Position numbers and translations under genes: made by a program. DNA of 64,000 bases. Origin: Roseibacillus sp. (lineage in GTDB: Bacteria > Verrucomicrobiota > Verrucomicrobiia > Verrucomicrobiales > Akkermansiaceae). The notes beneath the pieces were generated by a model, which did no database searches, had not been told where the DNA came from, and saw only the letters and a program-made list of their open reading frames with translations. Below are positions 1 through 10,900 of this stretch, piece after piece; within the stretch, counting starts at the first letter, position 1, and the number at the start of each line of letters is the position of its first letter. The stretch spans positions 224,001 through 288,000 of the forward strand of contig CBDEUM010000038.1 in NCBI GenBank assembly GCA_965242925.1, read 5' to 3'.

Positions 1-2
1 AA

Positions 3-599
3 CGGCTGGATGAATGGGAATTCCTGCCCGGTATGCGGCTCACCCGGGAGTGCTGGGATGTCCACGCTGTGTGGGTGCCTGAGATGGATATTGACCTCGG
101 AGCAGAGGTGGAGCGTCTCAACAGGGTGATGGCTGATCAGGACTGCGTGAACCTCTTCCTGAGCGAGGGAGCAGGGATGGATGCAATCATTCGTGAGAAG
201 GAGGCCGGGGGCGAGGAGGTTCGCCGTGATGCCTTCGGCCATGCGCGTCTTGGCGAGCTCAATCCCGGCAAGTGGTTTGCTGCCAAGCTCAAGGAGAAAC
301 TGGGAGCGGACAAGGTGCTGGTGGAGAAAAGCGGTTACTTCGGCCGTTCCGCTGCTCCCAACGCACGGGACTTGGAATTGATAAGGAAGAGCGCCTTCGC
401 AGGTGCAGAATACGCCCTCAATGGCCAGAGCGGGGTGGCGGGGCTGGACGAAGACAAGGGAGGGGAAATGTCCTGCATCGAGTTTCCCCGGATCAAGGGG
501 GGTAAGCCCTTTGATATCGAGCTTCCCTGGTTCGGGGCGATGCTTGCTGAAATTGGCCAGCCAAAGGGCGACAGGGCGGAGGGTCACCAGGCGCCTTGA
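3..599 (+). CDS. pfp: Pyrophosphate-dependent phosphofructokinase, C-terminal part (truncated at window start)
   Basis: FLSEGAG, RDAFGH, KSGYFGRSA and FPRIKGGKPFD motifs typical of PPi-PFK; frame is open to the window edge. Confidence 0.85.
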   Translation, partial: RLDEWEFLPGMRLTRECWDVHAVWVPEMDIDLGAEVERLNRVMADQDCVNLFLSEGAGMDAIIREKEAGGEEVRRDAFGHARLGELNPGKWFAAKLKEKLGADKVLVEKSGYFGRSAAPNARDLELIRKSAFAGAEYALNGQSGVAGLDEDKGGEMSCIEFPRIKGGKPFDIELPWFGAMLAEIGQPKGDRAEGHQAP

Positions 600-608
600 T
601 GGCGAGGG

Positions 609-1370
609 TTATCCCAGGAGAGCCCGGTAGAACTCAGGGTGATCGTTCTCCAGGGCGTCGCGGTCCGGAATGGGGTAGAAGATTTCGCGGTCCTGAGCGG
701 CAATCCAGAATCCGGTGCGGAGCTGGAAGAAGGAGATCTTGCCCAGCACGGAGTCGAGGCTGATGGCCTTGGTAGACTTCTCGGGATTGCCTTGTAATTC
801 GAGGATCTGCTCCTTGAGTTTGTGGGGATGGACGTTGGGAATGGGAGAGGTGTGAAAGGGATTGGCCTCAATCAGATTAAGGAAGTCTTCGATCACAAAG
901 TCGATTTGCGTGAACATGACCTCCGGGGCGCTCTTGGGCAGGGAAAGATCAGTGATGTATTTTCCAAAGTCGGGCGGCGCCATGTGGCTCAGCACAATGG
1001 CGCTGAAGGGGCAGATTTCCTGGTAGGTGCGGATGAAGCCCGGCTCGTGGGTGCGCTCATAGGGGGCCTGTTGGAGTCGGAGGACCTTGCCCGAGACGGA
1101 GGTAATATAGAGATCTAAGAAGGCGGAGAGGTCGATGTGCTCAAGCACCCGGTAGCAGGAAATGAATTTCGTGCGCTTGGGACGTCCTGCCTGGTTGGGG
1201 ACAACCTCCTCCAGCAGCTCGTCAATCTGGAAGTAATCATGACGGTAATCGTCCTGGATCTGGGCAAAAATGACCTGACCGTGGTAGTAGCGTGAACTGC
1301 CGACGGTATAGTGCCTGCCGAATTCCTCGGGGGGGAGGTTTGAGGCCACCAGGGCGTAATTCGGCCACAT
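609..1370 (-). CDS. Hypothetical protein (~253-264 aa); true start possibly the in-frame ATC at 1403
   Basis: Long ORF with globular, protein-like composition; convergent with pfp; in-frame upstream extension NEIPKHLYVI. Confidence 0.8.
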   Translation of the reverse strand: MWPNYALVASNLPPEEFGRHYTVGSSRYYHGQVIFAQIQDDYRHDYFQIDELLEEVVPNQAGRPKRTKFISCYRVLEHIDLSAFLDLYITSVSGKVLRLQQAPYERTHEPGFIRTYQEICPFSAIVLSHMAPPDFGKYITDLSLPKSAPEVMFTQIDFVIEDFLNLIEANPFHTSPIPNVHPHKLKEQILELQGNPEKSTKAISLDSVLGKISFFQLRTGFWIAAQDREIFYPIPDRDALENDHPEFYRALLG

Positions 1371-1409
1371 GATGACATAGAGGTGTTTTGGGATCTCGTT
1401 GATGAGCGT

Positions 1410-1437
1410 ATTGTTCCTCTTCGGCCTGCAGTGTCAA
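1410..1437 (-). promoter_or_regulatory. Putative sigma70 promoter TTGACA-N16-AACAAT
   Basis: Perfect -35 at 1432-1437 (minus strand) and a 4/6 -10 box 6 nt before the in-frame ATC. Confidence 0.45.
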
Positions 1438-1522
1438 GAGGGTGAGGGAGATTGGTTGTTGGGAGACGGTAAAAATCGCGCTAATGTTGGACCATCCCGA
1501 TTGAATTTCATCTATCTGCCGC

Positions 1523-2968
1523 ATGAGCCGTGCTCCAACCATTCTCCTCTGCCTGGGCGCGGTTCTTTGCGGGTCGATATCCTGGGCCCACAAAACCGGG
1601 GCGCGATCGCCTGCTGAGACCGGGAAGCCGCTGGCGCGCTATACGCCCACCGTGAGACTGGTTGAGCAATCTCTGCCGTCTGTAGCCTCGATCCAGACCC
1701 TGCAGGTCCAGGATACCCCGGGAATTTTCAACATGGCGGTCGGGAGTGCTTCGGTGATTCACCGGGATGGTTATCTCCTCACCAACGAGCACGTGTTGTT
1801 TCGTATGCACCAGGGAGAGGTGCTCCTATGGGATCGCCCGCAGTTACCCTTCCGGATCATTTCCAAGATGAGTTCCGAGGACCTGGCGCTGATCAAGGTG
1901 GAGGCTGGAGAACCTCTCAAGCCCCTCCCAATCGGCAGGAGCGATGACCTGATGCTGGGGGAGCCGGTGCTCATCATCGGTAATCCGGGCGGACTCATTC
2001 ACTCGGTTTCGACGGGGATCGTCAGTGGGCTCAACCGCTCAACTGCACTGGGGGGAGTGTTCCTGCCCCGGATGGTTCAGACCAGTGCCGCAGTGAGTGG
2101 GGGGAACTCCGGCGGTCCGCTCATTAATGCGCTTGGCGAGCAGATCGGAGTTGTCACTTCCAAGAAGCTTGATGGGGAGAACATCAATTTCGCGATCACG
2201 GCAGATCGGGTGCGGGAGATGTTTCCGGCCCTGGTCTCGGCAGAGTTGCGCTATGGGTTTGCACTGGGAGTGGAGGTGGACATGTACACTCCGTCCGGAA
2301 GGGTGAAGGAGGTGAGGGAGGATTCCCCGGCCGCGAAAGCAGGAATCGAACCGGGAGACGTCATTACCATGCTGGACGGAAAGGACATTCGTCACGGAAT
2401 CGATTTTCACCTGTCCCTCATCGACCGGAAGCCTGGCGAGCGACTGAAGGTTCGCCTTGAGCGAGAAGAGGAAGAAGTTTTAGCGGAGGTGGAACTGGGG
2501 GAATTGGAACTATTGGAGCCGGTGGCAGAGGACGGAATGAAGACAGGCCTGCGGTTTGAAGGGTTCGAGGGGGTATGGGATGCCCTTCCGGATTTTGACA
2601 CGCTGGAGGCAGTTGCGAGTGGTGAGGTAGAGATGCCTACCGAGGCAGCCTACCAATCAGAGAATAGGGAGCAATATGGTCTGCGCTTTCGTGGTTTCCT
2701 CAAGATACCAAGGGAGGGGCTTTATAGCCTTTATACCACTTCTGATGACGGCAGCCGCCTTACGATTGGGGAACAGGTGATTGTTAATAACGATGGTCTC
2801 CATGGAGTTCTTAAAAGGGGAGGCTTGATTCGTCTCAAACAGGGACTGCACCCCGTGGAAGTGACTTTCTTTGAACAGGGGGGTGACGAAAAGCTGGAGG
2901 TTTCCTGGGAAGGACCGGATCTGTCTGCCCAGGTCATCCCGAAGGAAGCCTGGTTCTGGAAAGAGTGA
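1523..2968 (+). CDS. HtrA/DegP-like S1C serine protease with PDZ and C-terminal PA14 domain
   Basis: Signal peptide; TNEHV, DLAL and GNSGGPL triad motifs; PDZ (SPAAKAGIEPGDVI); PA14 (SDDGSRL..NDGLH..FFEQGG). Confidence 0.9.
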   Translation: MSRAPTILLCLGAVLCGSISWAHKTGARSPAETGKPLARYTPTVRLVEQSLPSVASIQTLQVQDTPGIFNMAVGSASVIHRDGYLLTNEHVLFRMHQGEVLLWDRPQLPFRIISKMSSEDLALIKVEAGEPLKPLPIGRSDDLMLGEPVLIIGNPGGLIHSVSTGIVSGLNRSTALGGVFLPRMVQTSAAVSGGNSGGPLINALGEQIGVVTSKKLDGENINFAITADRVREMFPALVSAELRYGFALGVEVDMYTPSGRVKEVREDSPAAKAGIEPGDVITMLDGKDIRHGIDFHLSLIDRKPGERLKVRLEREEEEVLAEVELGELELLEPVAEDGMKTGLRFEGFEGVWDALPDFDTLEAVASGEVEMPTEAAYQSENREQYGLRFRGFLKIPREGLYSLYTTSDDGSRLTIGEQVIVNNDGLHGVLKRGGLIRLKQGLHPVEVTFFEQGGDEKLEVSWEGPDLSAQVIPKEAWFWKE

Positions 2969-3001
2969 TCGGGGCCGTCCGGCTACTGCGGTCCTGTGGA
3001 G

Positions 3002-6000
3002 TCAGCTTTTCGAGAGTGACTCGTCGAGATTCAGGATAAGGGAGCAGAGAGCGGCAAAGGCGGCCAACTCAGCGCTGTCCAGGGCGGGATCCGGTTTACG
3101 GGCTCCTCCTCCATCCAGGTAGGCCTTGGTAGCCTCGGGGCTCGCCTTGAATTCCTTGAGCCGATTATTGAACTCGGCGTGGAGAATAGACAATTCGGCC
3201 GGGGAGGGGAGGCGGGAGGTGGAGAGGCGGAACGCGAAGGCAAGCCGGGTGTGAATATCAGCGCCGCCTTCCTTCATGATGCGTTCAGCAAGGACGCGTG
3301 CGGCTTCCACAAACTGGGGGTCGTTGAGGAGGACGAGGGCCTGAAGGGGCGTATTGGTCCGTTCGCGCCGGGTGCGGCAGGCGTTGCGGCCGTTGGCACC
3401 GAGAATACGCATGTTGGCAGCCGGAATCTGGCGTTTCCAGTAGGTGTAAAGGCTGCGGCGGTACAGGTCGTCCCCGGAGCCCTGCTTGAAGGAAGCGCCA
3501 GCTGCGCCGATGGCATTCCGTCCGAAGAGAACCGCAGGCTGGTAGGGGTGCACCCCGGCCCCCCCCCGCTTGTCCACCAGAAGGCCGCTCACGGCGAGGG
3601 CATGGTCACGAATGAACTCGGCTTGAAGGCGTTGTCGTGGAGCACGGGCAAGAAGACGGTTTTCGGGATCACGCTCAGCAAGCTGGGGTTTGCGGACACT
3701 GGACTGTCGGTAGGTGGCGGAGGTGACGATCCTGTGGAGGAGAGCCTTTATGTTCCAATCGGATTTGAGAAAGCTGACAGCAAGGTAATCGAGGAGCGCC
3801 TGGTGACTGGGGTGATCACCCTGAGTCCCGAAATCCTCGGAAGTCGCTACGATGCCTGTGCCAAAAAGCAATTGCCAGTAGCGGTTGACAGCCACCCGGG
3901 CGGGGAGCGGATTAGCAGGATCAGTCATCCACTGAGCGAGACCGAGACGGGTTGGGGGAAGCTTGTCGGAGAAGGGGAAAATGCTGCCCGGTGCAGCGGG
4001 ATTCACGAGCTCACCGGGTTTGTCATACTCACCGCGCATGAGAATGTGTGTCTTGCGGGGGTTGCCCTCATCGGCTGCAACCATGGAGACCACCGCTGAC
4101 TTTTCGATCTGGGTTTTCTCACCCTTTAGAGCATCACGCCTCTTGCGTATTTCTTCAAAACCGGGCCAGATGCCACGGAAGTGTGCGAGGCGCTTGTCCC
4201 GCTCCTTGGGAATTTTCTGGTTGGCGGCGGAAGGGTAGTGAGAGGTCACCTGGATCGAGATATCCGCTCCGGTGATGGTCAGTTTGAGGCGCTCGTCCTT
4301 GGCGAGTTGGGTTGGTATCTCAAGGTGGGCTATAGGATCTTCCTGTCCCGGTCCGACTTTCCGCTTGCTGTTGTTATGCAGTTTCAACTCACGAGGGGAG
4401 GAGCCGAGAATCTCGGCCCGGACGGACTGGAGCAGGCCCGGGCTTTCGCTTGTGAACTGGATTGCCGCAAGGACGTTCCGGGGAGGGGGAAGTTTCAGCA
4501 CGATTTCATAAGTGTTTACGGTATGCTTCGGATCTGGTGCCTCCGGGTTGTGAGTGACCACGGTGCGGAAGGGGGCATCCCCAATCTGGTTCTCGACAAC
4601 GGTCTTTCGGTTGGCGTCGAGTAGCGTGATGGAGGCGTTGTCGAGGCGTTCGGGGCAACAGTCGTCGCGGTTGTAGATCACAATGTGGTCGATTGGTGTG
4701 TCATGCCCGAGGTCGAGTTCCCACCAGGCGTCCTGTTGTTCGTTGGAGCAGGAACAGGAACCGAAGGAGCCGTCGGCCTTGCCGTCGATTGCCTTGGCTG
4801 CCGGGGCATTGTGTGCGGTGCTGGACTGCCGGGCTTCTCCTGCGAGGGCAACGTTCTGTTGTGCGGAATAGACCTCTACTTCGGAGAGGGTGAGGTAGCC
4901 CTTATGACCCTTTGGCAGGGCAATTCGCACGAAACGTCCCCGGACCTTCGAGGGGGGTGGGCCGGAGTTCGGCTCTCCCTCCGTTTTTGGATGGGAACTT
5001 GAAATGATCTTGGGAGAGGTCCAGGTCACCGGTTGATCCAGGCTCTCAACCCACTCGGTGAAGGCTGCCTGCAACCCGGGGGGAGTGGTCAACAGGGTCT
5101 TCTCTGCGGCAGATAATTCGGTGCTTATTTCACGAAGTCTCTTCTCCTGCCCCGGTCTCGGCAGCTTGGTGGTGGGGGCGGTGGCTCCCTTGGTGTTGCC
5201 GCGGCCTACCAGGCTGTTGAAGAATGCCGCCAGTTCGTAGTATTCCCGCTGGGTCATGGGGTCGAACTTGTGCTTATGGCACTGGGCGCACTCCATGGTG
5301 AGTCCCAGAAATGCAGTAGAAGTGGTGTTGACGCGGTCCACGAGGTACTTGATGCGGTAGTCTTCATCGATGATTCCGCCCTCGTTGGAGGTAGGATTAT
5401 TGCGGAGAAAACCGGTAGCCACCTTTTGCGGGCTGGTGGCTCCGGGGAGCAGGTCACCTGCCAGTTGCCAGGTAATGAAATCGCGGTAGGGCAGGTTGTT
5501 ATTGAAAGCGGTCACCACCCAGTCCCGCCAGGCGTAGATGGTGCGGGGATGATCCTCGAAGAGACCGTCCGTATCCCCGTAGCGTGCCACGTCGAGCCAC
5601 TCGAGAGCCATGCGCTCTCCGAATGCGGGAGAGGCGAGGAGGCGATCGATCACCTTCTCGTAGGCATTATCGGATTTATCAGAGAGGAAATCGTTGAGTT
5701 CCCCGATGGTGGGCGGCAACCCGGTAAGATCCAATGTTACCCGACGCAGGAGTCGAGCCCGGGAAGCAGGAGGGGAAGGTTTCAGGCCATGCTCGGCAAG
5801 GGTCTCGAGAATAAAGTGATCGATCTCGTTGCGGGGCCACGGATGGTCGCCCTTGGAAGGGGGAGGGATGGATTCGGGGGGAAGAAAGGCCCAGTGCCGT
5901 TCCCATTTTGCTCCCTGGGCGATCCATTTGCGGATCTGGGCGATTTCGCCGGGGGAAACCGTGAGCTTGGAAGCGCGTGGAGGCATGACTTCATCCGGAT

Positions 6001-6274
6001 CACTGTGGATGAGGCGCTGCATCACTGCGCTCTCTTCCGGTTTTCCGGGAACAACAGCGGTCACCCCACTACTTAAAGCGGTCTTGGCGTTCTCCTCGAG
6101 GTCGAGGCGTAAGTTGGCCTTACGGGTGGCGGAGTCGGGCCCGTGGCAGGAGAAGCAGCGGTCCGCGAGGATCGGGCGGATGTGCTTGTTGAATGATATA
6201 TCGTTCGCATTAAGCGCTCCGCAAGTTCCGGGAACTGTGGCGGCGAGAACCAGCGATGAGATCAGGTGCTTCAT
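3002..6274 (-). CDS. Planctomycete-type cytochrome c / DUF1549 / DUF1553 (PSD1) protein with an inserted F-type lectin-like domain
   Basis: CFSCH and CAQCH heme motifs; HWAF..P, NEIDHFI, RVAVNRYWQ, RTNTPLQAL motifs; WWELDLG..IYNRDDCCPERL. Confidence 0.9.
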   Translation of the reverse strand: MKHLISSLVLAATVPGTCGALNANDISFNKHIRPILADRCFSCHGPDSATRKANLRLDLEENAKTALSSGVTAVVPGKPEESAVMQRLIHSDPDEVMPPRASKLTVSPGEIAQIRKWIAQGAKWERHWAFLPPESIPPPSKGDHPWPRNEIDHFILETLAEHGLKPSPPASRARLLRRVTLDLTGLPPTIGELNDFLSDKSDNAYEKVIDRLLASPAFGERMALEWLDVARYGDTDGLFEDHPRTIYAWRDWVVTAFNNNLPYRDFITWQLAGDLLPGATSPQKVATGFLRNNPTSNEGGIIDEDYRIKYLVDRVNTTSTAFLGLTMECAQCHKHKFDPMTQREYYELAAFFNSLVGRGNTKGATAPTTKLPRPGQEKRLREISTELSAAEKTLLTTPPGLQAAFTEWVESLDQPVTWTSPKIISSSHPKTEGEPNSGPPPSKVRGRFVRIALPKGHKGYLTLSEVEVYSAQQNVALAGEARQSSTAHNAPAAKAIDGKADGSFGSCSCSNEQQDAWWELDLGHDTPIDHIVIYNRDDCCPERLDNASITLLDANRKTVVENQIGDAPFRTVVTHNPEAPDPKHTVNTYEIVLKLPPPRNVLAAIQFTSESPGLLQSVRAEILGSSPRELKLHNNSKRKVGPGQEDPIAHLEIPTQLAKDERLKLTITGADISIQVTSHYPSAANQKIPKERDKRLAHFRGIWPGFEEIRKRRDALKGEKTQIEKSAVVSMVAADEGNPRKTHILMRGEYDKPGELVNPAAPGSIFPFSDKLPPTRLGLAQWMTDPANPLPARVAVNRYWQLLFGTGIVATSEDFGTQGDHPSHQALLDYLAVSFLKSDWNIKALLHRIVTSATYRQSSVRKPQLAERDPENRLLARAPRQRLQAEFIRDHALAVSGLLVDKRGGAGVHPYQPAVLFGRNAIGAAGASFKQGSGDDLYRRSLYTYWKRQIPAANMRILGANGRNACRTRRERTNTPLQALVLLNDPQFVEAARVLAERIMKEGGADIHTRLAFAFRLSTSRLPSPAELSILHAEFNNRLKEFKASPEATKAYLDGGGARKPDPALDSAELAAFAALCSLILNLDESLSKS

Positions 6275-7767
6275 CAGGCAAGGATGGGTTGGACGACTTT
6301 GCCATGAACATCAGTGAGGCGGAAGCGGCGCCCCTGGTGCTTGAAGGTGAGCCGCTCATGGTCGATGCCCATCAACTGCATGACGGTGGCCTGCCAGTCG
6401 TGCACGTGGACGGGATCCTTGACGATATTATATCCGAAGGGGTCAGTTTCCCCGTAGGTCATCCCCCCCTTGATGCCGCCTCCGGCCATCCAGTATGTGA
6501 AGCATCGCGGATGATGGTCCCGGCCGTTGGCGGCCTTTCCTGCGCCCCCTTGTGAGTAGGTGGTGCGCCCGAACTCCCCGCCCCACACGACCAGGGTCTC
6601 GTCGAGCATTCCCCGCTGCTTGAGATCGGTAACCAGTGCGGCGCAAGCCTGGTCGGTATCATTGCATTGCTTGGGCAGCGCTCCTATGAGCCCTCCGTGC
6701 TGGTCCCATCCGCGGTGGTAGAGTTGGACGAAGCGGACCCCGCGTTCCGCGAGTCGGCGGGCAAGCAGGCAATTGGCGGCAAACTTGCCCGGTTTCTGAC
6801 ACTCCGGTCCGTAGAGGTCGAGGATGGTCCTTGGTTCATTACTGATATCAGTGGCCTCGGGCACGGACATCTGCATGCGAAAGGACATTTCGTACTGCGC
6901 AATACGAGTAGCAATCTCCGGATCGCCAAAGGCATCGAACTGGATCCTGTTGAGGGCTTCCATGCGCTCGATCATCCGTTTCCGGGCGGCCACGGATTCG
7001 CCAGGCTGGCTGTTGAGATAGAGAACCGGGGTTTTTCCACCCCGCAACTGCACGCCCTGGTGCACGCCGGGCAGGAATCCGTTGCTCCAGAGCTTGGTGT
7101 AGACTGGTTGGCTGCCGGGGCGGCCGGTTCCATTGGATATGAGGACACAGAATGCCGGGAGGTTTGTATTGTCGGTGCCTAATCCATAGCTCATCCAGGA
7201 GCCCATGCTGGGACGGCCTGGCTGTTGGTGGCCCGTCTGGAAGAAGGTTACGCCCGGATCATGATTAATGGCCTCCGTGTGCATCGACTTCACAAAGCAG
7301 AGGTCGTCGGCAATTCTGGCGGTATGAGGCAGGATCTCGCTGATCCAAGCGCCACCTTCCCCATGCTGCTTGAATTCCCAGTTGGACCGGGCGACGGGAA
7401 AGGAGCTCTGACCGGAGGTCATTCCGGTCAGGCGCTGCGTCTTCTCGATGAAGCCCTCCTTGCTCCAGGCCTTGGACTTGGCGTCGAATTTCTTGAATAG
7501 TTCCTTGCCGTGATGATCGGCGAGCTGGGGCTTGTAGTCGAAGAGGTCCTGCTGGGAGGGAGCCCCATTCATGAAAAGAAAGATGATCCTCTTGGCCTTG
7601 GGAGCGAATTGCCTCCCGCCGCTGCCGGCCAGTCCCGCGGCAAAGGCTTCAGGTGCCAGTAATGACCCGAGAGCCAGTGAGCCGATGCCGGTTGATCCGC
7701 GGCGCAGGAGTTGGCGCCGGGTGATAACATGCTTGTAGAGGTCGCAGGGCTCGCGCTCCAGATTCAT
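6274..7767 (-). CDS. DUF1501 family protein with a Tat-like signal
   Basis: TRRQLL; KAKRIIFLFMNGAPSQQDLFDYKP; WDQH; GEFGRT; GRDHHP; abuts the PSD1 gene (1-nt overlap). Confidence 0.92.
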   Translation of the reverse strand: MNLEREPCDLYKHVITRRQLLRRGSTGIGSLALGSLLAPEAFAAGLAGSGGRQFAPKAKRIIFLFMNGAPSQQDLFDYKPQLADHHGKELFKKFDAKSKAWSKEGFIEKTQRLTGMTSGQSSFPVARSNWEFKQHGEGGAWISEILPHTARIADDLCFVKSMHTEAINHDPGVTFFQTGHQQPGRPSMGSWMSYGLGTDNTNLPAFCVLISNGTGRPGSQPVYTKLWSNGFLPGVHQGVQLRGGKTPVLYLNSQPGESVAARKRMIERMEALNRIQFDAFGDPEIATRIAQYEMSFRMQMSVPEATDISNEPRTILDLYGPECQKPGKFAANCLLARRLAERGVRFVQLYHRGWDQHGGLIGALPKQCNDTDQACAALVTDLKQRGMLDETLVVWGGEFGRTTYSQGGAGKAANGRDHHPRCFTYWMAGGGIKGGMTYGETDPFGYNIVKDPVHVHDWQATVMQLMGIDHERLTFKHQGRRFRLTDVHGKVVQPILA

Positions 7768-7925
7768 TGACAGGACGATAGCGGGCTGTCGGAGGCGTGC
7801 AATCACGCGTTCAATTGACTTGCGTGCCGGTGAGTCCGGGATTTAGATGGATGAAGGAGGTGCCATCACGTTGGCCCTCATGGTGCGGTGTTGATGAGGG
7901 TCCTCAGTTTGCCCGGTGCCGGCGA

Positions 7926-10900
7926 TCAGGGAAGCGGTTGGACCATGGTGGTGCGCAGCCTCATGAAGAGGATCGTCTCCTCGTCAACCGGGAGATCAGA
8001 TTTGTAGGTTACGAGAGAGGTTTCGTCATTGTTGCCGACCTCCGAGAGGAGGGAGGCCTCGGAACTCCAGGTAAGAAGGTCGCGGGAGATTTCTACCTCA
8101 TAGTGCACATCATCTGCAAAGAGGTGGCGCTGGAAGGTGAAGGTCAGGGCGTTTTCTCCGCGTTGCGCCGAGATCAGGCCAGGTCCGTTGGCGGGATCTC
8201 CATCGTCGCTTCCGAGAGCATGCTCAAGGAAGGCGGAAAGTCCGTCACGATCGTCATCGGCAAGAGGGTCGGGGCCACTGAAGGTCTGGCTGGTGGAAGC
8301 TCCCGGTGAGCCTCCCAGGCGCCAGTTGGAGGGGATGCCGTGTCCGAGGGGGTCGAGCGGATCGTTGTCGGCGTTGTCCGTAGTGTGTGCCAGTTCCAGG
8401 CTGTAGCCACCCGCATCAGCCCCTTCAGGCCAGGGGGAATTATTGTCATAGACGAATTCATGGATGGGAAAGGCACCCAAGGCCAGTTTGATGCGTTCAC
8501 CGTCGTTTTCGAGGCGGCCTTCTTCCTCATTCTGATATTCTCCGGCCACCGGAAGATGGGTCCCGTAGTGCGACTCAAAGGCGGCAACATTTCGCACCAC
8601 CAGGAGGTATTGGCCGGGATTGATGACGGTGTTGGCGGGGAAATCGAAGTCGATGCCCTTGGTGAAGCGGACATCGGTGAGATCCAGCGGGACGGGACCG
8701 ATATTGCGCAGTTCGACGAATTCGAGATCATCGGACCCTGTCGGGTTGTACATGATCTCGCTGATGACGAGACCCTGCTGATGGTCGGTGGCGAAGGGGT
8801 CAGCAGCTACGAATTCGACCGGCGTGGACCAGTGGCTCCAGCGTCCGGTGCTGTCCATGTGTCGCACCCGGGCACGATAGGTCTTGTTGCCGCGCACGGC
8901 AGAGGCCGGGGGTCTGATGCTGGAGGTGAAGGTGTCGAGTTCGCTGCTTTCCCAGGTGGCTGCCCATTCAAAAGGGAAGGGGACGTTGCTGCCCCGGACA
9001 TAGGGAGCATGCTCCGCGATACGGAATTCCATGGCTCCGAAATCACCGGAGCTGTCCGAAAAGGCTGATGATTCGAAGCGCAACCCATTGGCAGGGTGGT
9101 CCTCCTCGCTGAGGTCGGTGATGGTGGGAGTGTCCGGGATGGAAGGATCGGCTCCCAGTTCATCGAGGTAGGCGTCTCGGCCCTCGCGTCCGGAGGTTCC
9201 GCTATCGCGGGATCCGGATTCCATCGTGCCGCTGTCCCCCCCAGTCCAGGTCCCCCCCGTGAAGGCGAAGTTTTTCATGTCGCGCGTGCGCACGCGGATA
9301 TCGCCGTCGTTCTGTGTGCCGGCCGAGGAGGGTGCGCTGGTCCAGCGCAGGCGATCGGCCTGCTGGAAACTGATCACGCGATCCTGGAGCATGTCGATGA
9401 GCCCGTTGATCTGGTCCTGCTGCCACAGAAGGTCCCGGATTTCGCGGACCACGTTGCGGTACTCCTTGTTGAACTCGGGGCGGCTTCCCATGGCGTATTT
9501 GCAGAAATCCTCCCCGCCGTTCCAGTTGGGGCCCCAGCTGGTGTCGGAGTCCCAGGGAAAGACCTGGAGAAGACCGAAACGGGAACGGTCCGGCTTGAAG
9601 TAGTAGGACCGGTTCTTGAGGTGCTCGCTGGTGTTTGGCTGCACGTCGTAGTGCCGCACCGCGTCGACAATGGCGTGGTAGTGATACCATGAATCCCAGT
9701 CGACATGGCGGCGCAGCCAGGCATCGTTCTGCTGGGGACGCAGGTTGAAGATGATGTTTTCGTAGTCAGCCCCCCCGCGCGTGCCACGGGGTGCGTGGTA
9801 GCGGATCACGTCGAGTCCTTCGGTGAGGCCGGACTTGAGCTTGTAGAGATTGCCTTCCTCCAGATCGTGGGCCTTGAGAAACCGTCGGTCGTAATCTTCC
9901 ATCGCGAGGAGAAAACCGTAGAAGTCTCCGTGATACTGGTCCGGGGCCTCCTCGGCATTCTTGATAACGCGGAAGTGGAACCAGTGGGTGAAGGGTGAAG
10001 GAGTTCCGGTGGTATTCCAGAGGATGCTGTTGGCTGCCTCGTAGAGACCGAAATTGGTGCCGCCTCGCGCGTGCATCTTGTGCGAGTTCAGGGTCCGCCA
10101 CCTGGTGGGGTAGGGATTGCCCCACATGTCGTGGAACTGGACATGATTCCCGCGATTGAAGCGGAAGCGGAAACTTCGCTTGCCCCGGTTGGAGTAGCGG
10201 GCGTTTCTCTGGCGGAGGCGGTAGCTTATGTTGTCGTAGGCGATCCCGTTGTAGACGAAAGTGCCACTCCAGTTGAAGGCGCTGCGGGCGTCGTAGCTGT
10301 TGCGGGGGATCTGGTTGGCGTCGTAGGCCACGCACTTGTCATAGTCTGCCTGGGTGGTGAGAAGGTGGTAGGCAGGGAGGGTGTTGAGAATGGGCTCTGC
10401 CGGGTAGGTGCGGGTGGTGGTGACGTAGTCCGGGATCCCGTCGTAAATGAAGCAGGCGAAATTGAGAGAATCGTCGTCAAAGAAGGGAGCGGTCACCGAG
10501 GAGCCATCGGAATCGCTGACTGCGATGCGATAGCGGAGGAGAGTCCGGTTGGAATAATCTTCAGCCGGTATTGTGGCAGTGAAAATATCGTCGCCGGCGA
10601 GAGCGTCGTCGCCCAGGCCGTCATCGAGCATGGGGGTGGTGAGCCAGTTTCGGAGGTAGGCGGGGTTGGGGGTGCGGGGTGCGGTCGGATTGGCGAGGAG
10701 CTGGGAGTGCGATTTCGCCAGGAAGGCGGGGACGTAGCGGCCCGGAAGAATGAGAGCATATTGCAGGTTGACCTCGGCCACCCCGTCAGGGTCAGTGACC
10801 TTGGCGGTGATGACGGTATCCTCGGAACCGGTGGGCTGCCGGGGGGTGTGGCGAACCTGGCGGATGTTTGGGGGTGCCGCGGTGCTGGCGACGCTGTTAG

